A DNA stretch of 60,585 bases from Mizuhopecten yessoensis (taxonomy: Eukaryota): positions 495,823-556,407 of the forward strand of contig NW_018406035.1 in NCBI RefSeq assembly GCF_002113885.1. Reading direction: 5' to 3'. Of the stretch, positions 37,557 through 51,540 are shown piece by piece (within the stretch, counting starts at the first letter, position 1; each line of letters starts with the position of its first letter). A program made the position numbers and the translations under genes. Under the pieces are notes generated by a model. It was not told the DNA's origin. It did no database searches and saw only the letters and a program-made list of their open reading frames with translations.

Positions 37557-39188
37557 TTCTTGAATTATAAAACAAATTAGTCCACTCTAACTACATGTTG
37601 ATTATATCAGTATTAGTTAGTAATATCAAAGGATCCACCCATCATTATAGTATGTTCCTCTACGCATATCGATATTCATAAAAATTAAAAGGAAAGATGG
37701 GGCCTCCGAGCCATATAAGTATGAGTGGGTTGAGGAAGCTAGTTTTCATAAATGTAGTGTCGAGTGTAGTGATGATACATAAAGCATGTGGAAAGCAACA
37801 ATCGCGTATCAAATCATCAGAGTAAAATATCAGGTGTACGGTTTTTTGTGGATTTTATAATAAGGATTTATGTTTATGCTTTCATTAAAAGGTAAGCCAT
37901 ACAAGTCAAAATAGAGATACATTCTGGCGTATTGTAGCATGATGCGGGTCGATCCGCAAATAAAATGTAGACGAAGTTCCTGAGAAATGCATGTACATTC
38001 TCAGCGATAGTATGAGAAGCCATAATATACAGATACATATGCAAATAAAGTCACAAGGGTTATAAAAGGCAGAACTATGTAAACGTACAATAGATTGGAA
38101 CAATTCTAACAGTTCAACAGGCCTCAAACACATAAAGTATTGGATTGCATGTTAACACTAACATTGAATAGAAACGGAATCATTGAATGTACCGCTAAAT
38201 AAAACAGTTAATCAACTTCAATGTAAAAACAAACACAAGTTTACTTTTCCATTCGTTTATAACTTTTCAAATCTTAGTATTAATCAACCTCGTACTACCT
38301 CAGTCTAAGTCATCTCTCACAGATACCAATTGTAGTGTAAATCAGTATACAATAGTATCAGTCGTCATCCTTGGATATCAACAGACATGTGACAACAAAC
38401 ATAGCTTCTTTGTGAACGAGTAACTAAAATAATATGTTCATAATATCTCTCAGTTTCTATTACGTATCGGCTTCCGTATTAGTTTTCTTGTTTTGCTGGC
38501 ACTGATCATCTTTAAACCTATGCACTAGGAAGTTGGTGCAAAATGTCCATGCTGATTGTGGTCGGGAACGTTGGCGCGGCTAATATAGTCACAAACCGGC
38601 CAATTGGGTTTCTTTAAGCATGATGGCGTCAGTGTTATGTGTGCAGGGTTATGAATTACAACCAGGTCAAAATGTAGTGTGTTTGAGCCAGTTTTAACAA
38701 CAGGGACAAGTTCACAGTTCCAAACATTACAAATAGCGTCCTCCTTTAAGAAAACCGCTGATACCGCAGCAATGAACGTCGGAATAAATACTCATGTCGA
38801 TAGTTACAAAACTATTCGGACCTGTTGTGTTTAACAAGATAACGTTAGACCAAGTGTCGTGCGCATAACATTGGAAATTCTACGTCAGCTGGGAATCAAT
38901 GTTAAGCCGTTGTCGTCTTTTAGTTGCGTACTCTTAGCCAACTTTATCGCACACGTACAGTGTAAATACAACTATTGTGTACGTAACCATTGCTATCATA
39001 TACAGAACTTTCCCTTTATATTGTTTGTTTAACATTGCGATACTGCTAGCTCTTAATATGTTATATCCCGGCCCGATCCGTATCCGCCGGGCGCGCATCA
39101 TATCGTCCCAGCAGGCACTACATCCGTTTTGCATTCGGACACAAGTTGTGAAAAATAGAATTTTAGCTTGGAAACGTAGTAACAAATT

Positions 39189-42180
39189 ATATCGTTCACC
39201 TCTACTATATCGTACATCTCTACTTTATCGTTCTCCTCTACTTTATCGTACACCTCTACTTTATCGTACACCTCTACTTTATCGTACATCTCTACTTTAT
39301 TGTTCATGTTTACTTTATCGTACACCTCTACTTTATCGTTCACTTCTACTTTATAATTCACCTCTACTTTATCGTTCACCTCTACTTTATCGTTCACCTC
39401 TTCTTTATCGTTCCCTTCTACTTTATCGTTCATGTTTACTTTATCGTTCATGTTTACTTTATCGTTCACCTCTACTTTATCGTACATCTCTACTTTATCG
39501 TTCATGTTTACTTTATCGTACATCTCTACTTTATTGTTCATGTTTACTTTATCGTACACCTCTACTTTATCGTTCACTTCTACTTTATAATTCACCTCTA
39601 CTTTATCGTTATCGTTCACCTCTACTTTATCGTTCACCTCTACTTTATTGTTCACTTCTACTTTATTGTACATCTCAATTTTATCGTTCATGTTTACTTT
39701 ATCGTACACCTCTACTTTATCGTTCATGTTTACTTTATCGTTAACTTCTACTTTACCGTACATCTCTACTTTATCGTACATCTCTACTTTATCGTTCATG
39801 TTTACTTGATCGTACATCTCTACTTTATTGTTCATGTTTACTTTATCGTATACCTCTACTTTATCGTTCACTTCTACTTTATAATTCACCTCTACTTTAT
39901 CGTTATCGTTCACCTCTACTTTATCGTTCACTTCTACTTTATTGTACATCTCAACTTTAACGTTCATGTTTACTTTATCGTTAACTTCTACTTTATCGTG
40001 CATCTCTACTTTATCGTACATCTCTACTTTATCGTATATCTTTATTTTATCGTACATCTCTACTTTATCGTACATCTCTACTTTATCGCTCACGTTTACT
40101 TTATCGTGCACCTCTACTTTATTATACATCGCTACTTTATCGTTCATGTCTACTTTATCGTATACCTCCACTTTATCGTTCATCTCTACTTTATCGTACA
40201 CTTCTACTTTATCGCTAAAGTTTACTTTATCGTACATCTCTACTTTATCGTACATCTCTACTTTATCGTACATCTCTACTTTATCGTTCATATTTACTTT
40301 ATCGTACACCTCTACTTTATCGTATATCTCTACTTTATCATACATCTCTACTTTATCGTACATCTCTACTTTATCGTACATCTCTACTTTATCGTTCATG
40401 TTTACGTTATCGTATCTCTACTTTATCGTTCACGTTTACTTTATCGTGCACCTCTACTTAATTATACATCTCCACTTTATCGTTCATCTCTACTTTATCG
40501 TACACTTCTACTTTATCGCTCAAGTTTACTTTATCCTCACCTCTACTTTATCGTACATCTCTACTTTATCGTGCACCTCTACTTTATCGTATATCTCTAC
40601 TTTATCATACATCTCTACTTTATCGTACATCTCTACTTTATCGTTCATCTCTAATTTATTGTGCACCTCTACTTTATCGTACATCTCTACTTTATCGTTC
40701 ATCTCTATTCTTTATCGTACACTTCTACTTGGTCGCTCACGTTTACTTTATCGTACATCTCTACTTTATCGTACATCTCTACTTTATCGTACATTTCTAC
40801 TTTATCGTTCATGTTTACTTTATTGTACATCTCTACTTTATCGTTCATCTCTAATTTATTGTGCACTTCTACTTTATCGTATATCTCTACTTTATCGTTC
40901 ATCTCTACTTTATCGTACACTTCTACTTTATCGCTCACGTTTACCTTATCTTTCACCTCTACTTTATCGTACATCTCTACTTTATCGTGCACCTCTACTT
41001 TATCGTACATCTCTACTTGATCGTACACCTCTACTTTATCGTACATCTCTACTTTATCGTACACCTCTACTTTATCGTACATCTCTACTTTATCGTACAT
41101 CTCTACTCTATCGTGCACCTCTACTTTATCGTACATCGCTACTTGATCGTACACCTCTACTTTATCGTTAACTTCTACTTTATCGTGCATCTCTACTTTA
41201 TCGTACATCTCTGCTTTATCGTTCATGTTTACTTTATTGTACATCTCTACTTTATCGTTCATGTTTACTTTATCGTACACCTCTACTTTATCGTTCATGT
41301 TTATTTTATCGTACATCTCTACTTGATCGTACACCTCTACTTTATCGTTCATGTTTATTTTATCGTGCACCTCTACTTTATCGTACATCTCTACTTTATC
41401 GTACACCTCTACTCTATCGTTCACCTCTACTTTATCGTATATCTCTACTTTATCGTACATCTCTACTTTATCGTACATCTCTACTTTATCGTTCAATTTT
41501 ACTTTATCGTACACCTCTTTTTATCGTTAACTTCGACTTTATCGTGCACCTCTACTTTATCGTGTATCTCTACTTGATCGTACACCTCTACTTTATCGTA
41601 CATCTCTACTTTATCGTATATCTCTACTTTATCGTACATCTCTACTTTATCGTTCATGTTTACTTTATCGTACATCTCTACTTTATCGTTCATGTTTACT
41701 TTATCGTACATCTCTACTTGATCGTACACCTCTACTTTATCGTTCATGTTTACTTTATCGTACATCTCTACTTTATCGTACATCTCTACTTTATCGTACA
41801 TCTCTACTTTATCGTTAACTTCTACTTTATCGTACATCTCTACTTTATCGTACACCTCTACTTTATCGTTAATTTCTACTTTATCGTAAATCTCTACTTT
41901 ATCGTTCATCTCTACTTTATCGTGCATCTCTACTTTATCGTTCATCATTTTATCGTACACCTCTTTTTATCGTTAACTTAGACTTTATCGTTCACCACTA
42001 CTTTATTGTACAACTTTACTTTATCGTACACCTCTACTTTATCGTAAACGTTTACTTTATCGTTCATCTCTACTTTATCATACATCTCTACTTTATCGTT
42101 CACCTCTACTTTATGGTACATCTCTACTTTATCGTACATCTCTACTTTATCGTACATCTCTACTTTATCGTTCATGTTTA
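39189..42180. repeat. 18 bp satellite, ~165 copies, heterogeneous
   Basis: Unit ctctactttatcgtaca(t/c) with variants gtttactttatcgttcat. Confidence 0.96.
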
Positions 42181-43885
42181 CTTCACGTACACCTCTACTT
42201 CACGTACACCTCTACTTCACGTACACCTTTACTTCACGTACACCTTTACTTCACGTACACCTCTACTTCACGCACACCTCTACTTCACGTACACCTCTAC
42301 TTCACGCACACCTCTACTTCACGTACACCTTCACTTCACGTACACCTCTACTTCATGTACACCTCTACTTCACGTATACCTCTACTTCACGTACACCTTT
42401 ACTTCACGTACACCTTTACTTCACGTACACCTCTACTCCACGTACACCTCTACTTCACGTACACACTTTATCGTTCACCTCTACTTTATCGTTCATGTTT
42501 ACTTTATCGTACATCTCTACTTTATCGTACATTTCTACTATATCGTACACCTCTACTTTATTGTACAAATCTTCTTTATCGTTCACCTCTACTTTATCGT
42601 TCATGTTTACTTCACGTACACCTCTACTTCACGTACACCTCTACTTCACGTACACCTCTACTTCACGTGCACCTCTACTTCACGTACACCTTTACTTCAC
42701 GTACACCTTTACTTCACGTACACCTCTACTTCACGTACACCTCTACTTCACGTACACCTCTACTTCACGTACACCTCTACTTCACGTACACCTCTACTTC
42801 ACGTACACCTCTACTTCACGTACACCTCTACTTCACGTACACCTCTACTTCACGTACACCTCTACTTCACGTACACCTCTACTTCACGTACACCTCTACT
42901 TCACGTACACCTCTACTTCACGTACACCTCTACTTCACGTACACCTCTACTTCACGTACACCTCTACTTCACGTACACCTCTACTTCACGTACACCTCTA
43001 CTTCACGTACACCTCTACTTCACGTACACCTCTACTTCACGTACACCTCTACTTCACGTACACCTCTACTTCACGTACACCTCTACTTCACGTACACCTC
43101 TACTTCACGTACACCTCTACTTCACGTACACCTCTACTTCACGTACACCTCTACTTCACGTACACCTCTACTTCACGTACACCTCTACTTCACGTACACC
43201 TCTACTTCACGTACACCTCTACTTCACGTACACCTCTACTTCACGTACACCTCTACTTCACGTACACCTCTACTTCACGTACACCTCTACTTCACGTACA
43301 CCTCTACTTCACGTACACCTCTACTTCACGTACACCTCTACTTCACGTACACCTCTACTTCACGTACACCTCTACTTCACGTACACCTCTACTTCACGTA
43401 CACCTCTACTTCACGTACACCTCTACTTCACGTACACCTCTACTTCACGTACACCTCTACTTCACGTACACCTCTACTTCACGTACACCTCTACTTCACG
43501 TACACCTCTACTTCACGTACACCTCTACTTCACGTACACCTCTACTTCACGTACACCTCTACTTCACGTACACCTCTACTTCACGTACACCTCTACTTCA
43601 CGTACACCTCTACTTCACGTACACCTCTACTTCACGTACACCTCTACTTCACGTACACCTCTACTTCACGTACACCTCTACTTCACGTACACCTCTACTT
43701 CACGTACACCTCCACTTCACGTACACCTCTACTTCACGTACACCTCCACTTCACGTACACCTCTACTTCACGTACACCTTTACTTCACGTACACCTCTAC
43801 TTCACGTACACCTATACTTCATGTACACCTCTACTTCACGTACACCTCTACTGTAACGTACATCTCTACTTCACGTACACTTCTA
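42178..43885. repeat. 17 bp satellite, ~90 copies, highly homogeneous, with an 18-mer relic at 42465-42610
   Basis: Unit ctctacttcacgtacac. Confidence 0.96.
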
Positions 43886-44577
43886 CTTTATCAAACACAT
43901 CTACTTTTTCGTTTACCTTTACTTAATCGTATAACTCGTATTGATCGTACTCTGCTACCTTTTCGTTCACATGGTACATATATCAAATCACACCATACGT
44001 ATTACAAATCACACTATATTTGTCAAAACAACAACTTAAATGCTTTCTGATGTTACATCTGTCATGTTATAAAAGTTGTCAGCAATAACTTTCGAAAAGT
44101 TTTGCCGTATTTCGTTTAAGGTGTGATATTGGCTCTGACAACAATAAATCTGACTTACGGCGACAACTCGAAAATCAAACCGATTACACACATTGAACAT
44201 GGAAACCCAGTGAGAGAATCAGAAGGTAAGGTAACTTTTGATTAGTTTACTTTTCTGATATTTTATATGATTAGCGGATAATCATTTTGTCTACTAGAAT
44301 AACACAATGTATACCATCACTCTTCTTAGTACCAGTACATTCATGCGGGAAACCATTACATACCTGAATTATATTTACACTTAATTTCCGATAAATTGGG
44401 TAAATGGTTCAGTGACATTCATTAAAACAAAACGTAACAGTCCTTTTTACCCAGCATGCCACTGACATCATCACCTTCGATATCTTTGATATTCAGAGGA
44501 AACTGTTGAAGGAGTTTAGACCATTTAACCATTGTGACCCGCCGCACGAGCAATTGAGCTAAATCGATGATTTTTAC

Positions 44578-44800
44578 GTAACTCTACTTCACGTACACCT
44601 CTACTAATATAGCCTAGAGTAATATTAATATTAATATTAGTACGTGAAGTAAAGGTGTACGTGAAGTAGAGGTGTACGTAAAGTAAAGGTGTACGTGAAG
44701 TAAAGGTGTACGTAAAGTGGAGGTGTACGTGAAGTAGAGGTGTACGTAAAGTAGAGGTGTACGTGAAGTAGAGGTGTACGTAAAGTGGAGGTGTACGTAA
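44578..44800. repeat. Inverted block of the 17 bp satellite
   Basis: ~1.5 forward units, AT-rich spacer (aatatt)n, then ~9 units gtgtacgtgaagtagag. Confidence 0.9.
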
Positions 44801-45129
44801 CTGGAGATAACATATGTGATATTATCTGGTATCAATACCCGAGTGTCCTCAAACATTAAGAAGAAGATACTGTCTACTGTAGGATAAAGTACTGTTAGGA
44901 TGACGATATGTTGTACTGATCCAATAAATAAAGCGACGAAACGAAGCGATCCAAAACAGCAATAGTTCGAAATTGTCGGTGAACGTGACTGGCTTCAAAA
45001 CTTTTGTCGAACCAAGAATGCCTCTTATATGCATGATAAACTAATGCCCACACTGTACCATTTTTTTCCGGTCGTGGTCATATAACCGCAGACTTAAATT
45101 TCCCTTATTACATTCCTTGTCATTAATTA

Positions 45130-45440
45130 AACCTTAGCCATGGTGTTACCCCGACCGCTTATATTACTCTAGTCTATATTGTTTTCCTTGACTTTAATGT
45201 AACCTAGACATAGTGTTACCCCGACCGCTAATGTTACTCTAGTCATTATTGTTTTACCTGCCTTTAATGTAACCCTAGCTATATTTTTATCCCAACCGCT
45301 AATATTACTCTAGTCTATATTGTTTTCCTTGACTTTAATGTAACCCTAGACATAGTGTTACCCCGACCGCTAATGTTACTCTAGTCATTATTGTTTTACC
45401 TGCCTTTAATGTAACCCTAACCATAGTGTTACCCCGAACA
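45130..45440. repeat. ~71 bp tandem repeat, ~4.3 copies in ABAB pattern
   Basis: gtgttaccccgaccgc...tactctagtc...ctttaatgtaacc repeated. Confidence 0.88.
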
Positions 45441-46332
45441 TAAATAGTTAGGAAGGGTGCGCCGAGTGACTTTTACCGGAGGTGGTAGTTAATGCTGCCT
45501 CTCGTCAGGTCACGTGACCACACGATGCACAGAACGGTACCGTGTGTTAGTGGCATGTAAAACCTTGTGATACCACTCGGTACTGTGGTGTATTCAGTTA
45601 CAAAAAAATATAGGATGATTGATGTTAAGATAAATTTCATTTGACATAGAGTATTTTGGAATAAAGGAAATAATTCCTGGATCATGTGACCATTTTATCC
45701 ATTCAGGACTCAGTGGTACTGAGGCCAGAGTTAATAAATCCATGTTAAACACTGCCAGAACAATTCCCAGCTACATAATAACACCAAACCTTGGAAACTG
45801 GTATCCCACAAGCAGAATCACTTATCTTGAAAGCTGAACGCTAAGCACAGACCATTTAATACAATTATTTAGGACCCCTCTCAACGCACAACCTCTGACG
45901 GCTTTCACTTACACTCAAAGCCTAAAGGTATAGCTAATTCATAGTTACGAAACGCTTTTGATCGCTATGGTGGCCACAAGCAGAGGTCACAAAAGCAAAT
46001 CCATAATTATGCTGGTAAGTTTTAAAAGAAAGACCTGGCCATATGGTTCTGTAAAAAGTAAACTTTTCGTCTTTGTATATGGCTTTCTGCATATTCAAAT
46101 AGATGCTTTCTATCTTCGTATACTCTTGTCTTGTTATTGAATTCAAACTTATGTATATAAATATCAGAAAGTAGCAGCACGACTTGTTTTGCGTAAGCAT
46201 TTTAATATTTACATATATTTTGATATGACAAAAGTATTTTTAGCATCATATTAAAATCAAATTGTAACTGAAAAAACCTTAGTATGTTTGAGTTAAAACA
46301 CGATATGCTGATGTTTAATATGTGCAGTGTAA

Positions 46333-47812
46333 AGGTGTCTAATGTCCCTGAGGTAAACAGTATCTCTCAAGATGTGCCTAATGTCCCCGAGGTGAACAGT
46401 ATCTCTCAAGATGCGTCTAATGTCCTTGAGTTGAACAGTATCTCTCAAGATGTGCCTAATGTCCCTGAGGTGAACAGGATCTCTCAAGTTGTGTCTAATG
46501 TCCCTGAGGTGAACAGTATCTCTCCAGAGGTGTCTAATGTCCCTGTGACGAGTATCTCTCAAGATGCGTCTAATGTACTTGAGTTGAACAATATCTCTCA
46601 CGATGTATCTAATGTCCCTGAGGTGACCAATATCTCTCAAGATGTGTCTAATGTACCTGAGGTGAACAGTATCTCTCAAGATGCGTCTAATGTCATTGAG
46701 TTGAACAGTATCTCTCAAGATGTGCCTAATGTCCCTGAGGTGAACAATATCTCTCACGATGTGTCTAATGTCCCTGAGGTAAACAGTATCTCTCAAGTTG
46801 TGTCTAATGTCCCTGAGGTGAACAGTATCTCTCACGAAGTGTCTAATGTCCCTGGGGTGAACAGTATATCTCAAGATGTGTCTAATGTCCCCGAGGGGAA
46901 CAGTATCTCTCAAGAGGTGTCTAATATCCCCGAGGTGAACAATATCTCTCACGAAGGGTCTTATGTCCCTGGGGTGAACAGTATCTCACAAGATGTGCCT
47001 AATGTCCCTGGGGTGAACAGTATATCTCAAGATGTGTCTAATGTCCCCTAGGTGGACAGTATCTCTCAAGAGGTGTCTAATGTCCCTGTGACGAGTATCT
47101 CTCAAGATGCGTCTAATGTCCTTGAGGTGAACAGTATCTCTCAAGATGCGTCTAATGTCATTGAGTTGAACAGTATCTCTCAAGATGCGTCTAATGTCAG
47201 TGAGTTGAACAGTATCTCTCAAGATGTGTCTAATGTCCCCTAGGTGGACAGTATCTCTCAAGAGGTGTCTAATGTCCCTGAGGTGAACAATATCTCTCCA
47301 GAGGGGTCTAATGTCCCTGTGACGAACCGTATCTCTCAAGATGTGTCTAATGTCCCCGAGGTGAACAGTATCTCTCAAGAGGTGTCTAATGTCCCCGAGG
47401 TGAACAATATCTCTCACGAAGTGTCTTATGTCCCTGGGGTGAACAGTATCTCTCAAGATGTGCCTAATGTCCCTGGGGTGAACAGTATCTCTCAAGATGT
47501 GCCTAATGTCCATGGGGTGAACAGTATCTCTCAAGATGTGCCTAATGTCCCCGGGGTGAACAGTATCTCTCAAGATGTGTCTAATGTCCCCGAGGTGAAC
47601 AGTATCTCTCCAGAGGTGTCTAATGTCCCTGTGACGAACTGTATCTCTCAAGATGTGTCTAATGTCCCTGGGGTGAACAGTATCTCTCAAGATGCGTCTA
47701 ATGTCCTTGAGTTGAACAATATCTCTCAAGATGTGCCTAATGTCCCTGAGGTGAACAATATCTCTCAAGAGGTGTCTAATGTCCCTGTGACGAACCGTGT
47801 CTCTCTAGATGT
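46333..47812. repeat. 39 bp minisatellite, ~38 copies
   Basis: Unit gtgtctaatgtccctgaggtgaacagtatctctcaagat. Confidence 0.95.
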
Positions 47813-48820
47813 GGTATTGAGAATTTAATGATGTGTGATTTGTTCAGTTATGTATCGATTTTGTATAGTTGGCAAATTGTTTGGTCTATACAACACAAAA
47901 AGATAAATATAAACAAAGATTTTAAAAAAAATGATGTTATTGTACATATTAGGAAATGTGCATTAAAAGTGGATTATACGTAGGACAACTCCTGCCATAG
48001 TGTGTGTAGTAATTGTTTATCACTATATCAAAACATTGTCGCCTGCCAATAAAACTCCATGTAGCATTCATCTGTGCCTACACTCGTGAATTATATATCA
48101 CCTCTGTGTATTTAATGCTCAACGTCATTAATGTTGTGAACGCTGCAGTGTTTATTTTTTGTAAGCAGACATATTAATCCCACATGACCAAACTTAATCA
48201 AACCCTAAATAATAATTTATTGGATATATGGTATTGCTTTAATTTTGTCTCTGCTGTATAGAGATTAAATAGTACTTATGATTAGGAGGTGTTGGTGACT
48301 AGGGCTAAAGTTTTGTCTTTTACGACAGTAGAGGACTTACACGTTGAACTGTATAACCGATTTATGATTGACTGGTTAACGGATTAACTTCGTAAAACAC
48401 AAACATTTTTAATGGAGAGTGACACAAACGAATTTTGTGTAAGAGGTCCAACGATGTTGTACAACAGTTTATTTGGACAGTGAACCCGGATGTAGATTCG
48501 TTACACTGTAGATCTACAAAGTATAAATTATTTGGCAAACTTATCAAAACTACTGAAATATAACACATGTGTTTAAAGGACCCAGGTATGACTTCGTTAA
48601 TAGAACGGATCGTGTTTGCCATCGGTATGTATTTTGGCTAAGCAATTGGTATTGGTATATCAATCAATATTTGTATTAATTGTGTATGTTCATAGAACTA
48701 AATGTCATGGTATATACATATATATATATATTGTATTGCTCAGTATTTATACTTGTTTGAATTGGTAGGTATCTATCATTGTATGTATCACTAATGTTAT
48801 TGGTATTTATTACATACTCA

Positions 48821-49127
48821 CTAATAAAAACGGTTTTTTTGTATATGCGATACAACACAATTGCTCTAACCCGTATCAGTCCTCTCCGTATCACACCCCT
48901 TTTTCTTTTCTTTTTTCTTTTTTTAAATATTTCAAAAGAAAAACAGATCATACGATAATAGATATATCCGTATTGTATAAGTAAGTATGTAATAAACAGA
49001 ATAAATCATGCCTTTTTCCATATCACAACAAGTATCAACCCTTGACCAATATCAGCACTCGGGCTGAAATTGGAGTCTCGGGTTGATACTGGGTGTGATA
49101 TGGAAAAAGGCATGTATTATTCTCTAT
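48821..49127. mobile_element. Short non-autonomous hairpin-ended element (MITE/Crypton-like), copy 1
   Basis: Terminal palindrome catgcctttttccatatcaca...tgtgatatggaaaaaggcatg; second copy at 50511. Confidence 0.7.
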
Positions 49128-49879
49128 GTATCTATTTATTTTTATATCTCTACTTTAATTGGTATATATCTATCATTGTATATATCTCTACTTTTATTGG
49201 TACATGTATGTATCTATTTATTTTTATATCTCTACTTTAATTGGTATGACAGTCAGACATTCTTTATTCCCTCCTTGCGGAAGTTTGTAGTACATGTATA
49301 CACACATTCACAATATTTCAACATAATGTTATATACTAAGACGGACAATGACATGACATTAAACACGATTGTTCTAAAGCATATATACGTTAAACACTAT
49401 ATTTGCAACAGTTCATAACAGAATCTTTCATAAGAGCTCATTCATCTCAGCAGTCATGATTGGCATATTTGTCGCCATGTCTACCATGAGTGTTTCCCAT
49501 TCTGTATCTGTTCTATTAATTTTACTTCTATCTCCAAGTAGGAACTACATCATATATTTTCGGTTGCATTCGAAAATAAAATATAACTTTGCACTTCAAT
49601 AGAGCGTATACACCGTCTAGTAATATATCCCTACTTTTAAAGAGCTTTGGACAATAAAAAATGCAAGACTTTTTCATTACTCCGTTTACCACATAATTTA
49701 CATAGAACTTCTTTCAACTCAAAACGATATGCCAGTTTGATCAGCTCAGTAATTGTTAGAGTTGATTTTGGATGCTTTCTGCTTAGCTCCTATTAAGGGT
49801 TAGGGTGTCTGTGTGGATGTATAGATACATATTTACTGAGTGCATCCATGTTATTTAAATGATTTAAATATCTCTTTTT

Positions 49880-50500
49880 TAATTAGTATGTATCTACTGA
49901 TTTATATCTACTGATTTATATATCTTTACTTTTATTGGCATGTATCTATTGATTTATATATCTCTACTTTTATTGGTATATATCTATTGATTTATATATC
50001 TATACTTTTATTGGTATATACAAATGTATCAATTGATTAATATATTTCTACTTTTATCGTTATGCATCTACTGATTTATATATATCTACTTTTATTGTTA
50101 TGTATCTATTGATCTATATATCTCTGCTTTTATTGTTATGTATCTATTGATTTATATATCTCTACTTGTATTGGTATATATCTACTGATTTATATATCTC
50201 TACTTTTATTAGTATATACAAATGTATCTATTGATTAATATATTTCTACTTTCAATGGTATGAATATAGTGATTTATATATCTCCACTTTTATTGGTATA
50301 TATCTATTGATTTATATATCTCTACTTTTATTGGTATGTATCTATCGATTTATAAATCTCATTTCTAAATTAGTATGCATCTATCATTGTATATATCTCC
50401 ACTTTTTTGGTATTTATTGATTGATTTATATATCTATATATCTCATCTGTTATTGGTATACATCTATTATTGTATATATTTCTTCTTTTATTGGTATTTA
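49880..50500. repeat. 38 bp AT-rich satellite, diverged block
   Basis: Unit atatatctattgatttatatatctctacttttattggt; further remnants at 49125-49245. Confidence 0.9.
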
Positions 50501-50510
50501 TTACATACCT

Positions 50511-51540
50511 ACTAATAAATAAGTATTTTGTTTGTATATGCGATACGTCACAATTGCTTTAACCCATATCAGGCCTCGCCGTATCACACACCAAAACCCG
50601 TATCAGCCCTCGCCGTATCACACACCAAAACCAAAACCCGTATCAGCCCTCGCCGTATAACAGCAAAACCAAAACCCGTATCAGCCCTCGCCGTATCACA
50701 GCAAAACCAAAACCCGTATCAGCCCTCGCCGTATCACACCCTAAAACCCGTATCAGCCCTCGCCGTATCACCCCCCAAAACCCGTATCAGCCCTCGCCGT
50801 ATCACCCCCTAAAACCCGTATCAGCCCTCGCCGTATCACACCCTAAACCCCGTATCAGCCCTCGCCGTATCACACCCTAAACCCCGTACCAGCCCTCGCC
50901 GTATCACACCCTAAAACCCGTATCAGCCCTCGCCGTATCACCCCCCAAAACCCGTACCAGCCCTCGCCGTATCACACCCTAAAACCCGTATCAGCCCTCG
51001 CCGTATCACACCCCATAACCCGGATCAGCCCTCTCCGTATCACACCCCAAAACCCGAATCAGCCCTCGCAATATCACACCCCAAAACCCGTATCAGCCCT
51101 CCCGTATCACACCCCAAAACCCGTATCAGCCCTCGCAATATCACACCCCAAAACCCGTATCAGCCCTCGCCGTATCACACCCCAAAACCCTTATCAGCCC
51201 TCGCCGTGTCACACCCCAAAACCGTATCAGCCCTCGTCGTATCACACCCCAAACCCCGTATCAGCCCTCACCGTGTCACACCCCAAAACCCGTATCAGCC
51301 CTCTCCGTGTCAGCCGGCAAAACCCGTATCACACCCCTTTTGCAAATTTTTCGTTTTTCAAAATTGAAAAAGAAAAAAAGGTCATAAGATAAAAGACCCA
51401 GTCATTTTTTATTAGTAGGTAATAAACAGAATAAACATCCAGTATCAACCCTCGACTAATATCTAAGGCCCTCGGGCTGATATTGGAGTGTCGGGATGAT
51501 ACTGATTGTGACATGGAAAAAGGCATGTACTATTGCCTAT
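50511..51540. mobile_element. Same hairpin-ended element, copy 2, with an internal 34 bp array
   Basis: Shares left end (tttgtatatgcgatac..cacaattgct) and right end (gtatcaaccc..ctcgggctga..ggaaaaaggcatgta) with copy 1. Confidence 0.72.
50561..51338. repeat. 34 bp minisatellite, ~22 copies
   Basis: Unit aaaacccgtatcagccctcgccgtatcacaccc(t/c). Confidence 0.95.

Noticed and set aside
39098-44050. Long ORFs of 230-645 aa (MYDKVE..., HVHLYFTYTSTSRTPLL...)
   Set aside because: Translations of 17/18 bp satellites, open in several frames and strands; no evidence of a gene.
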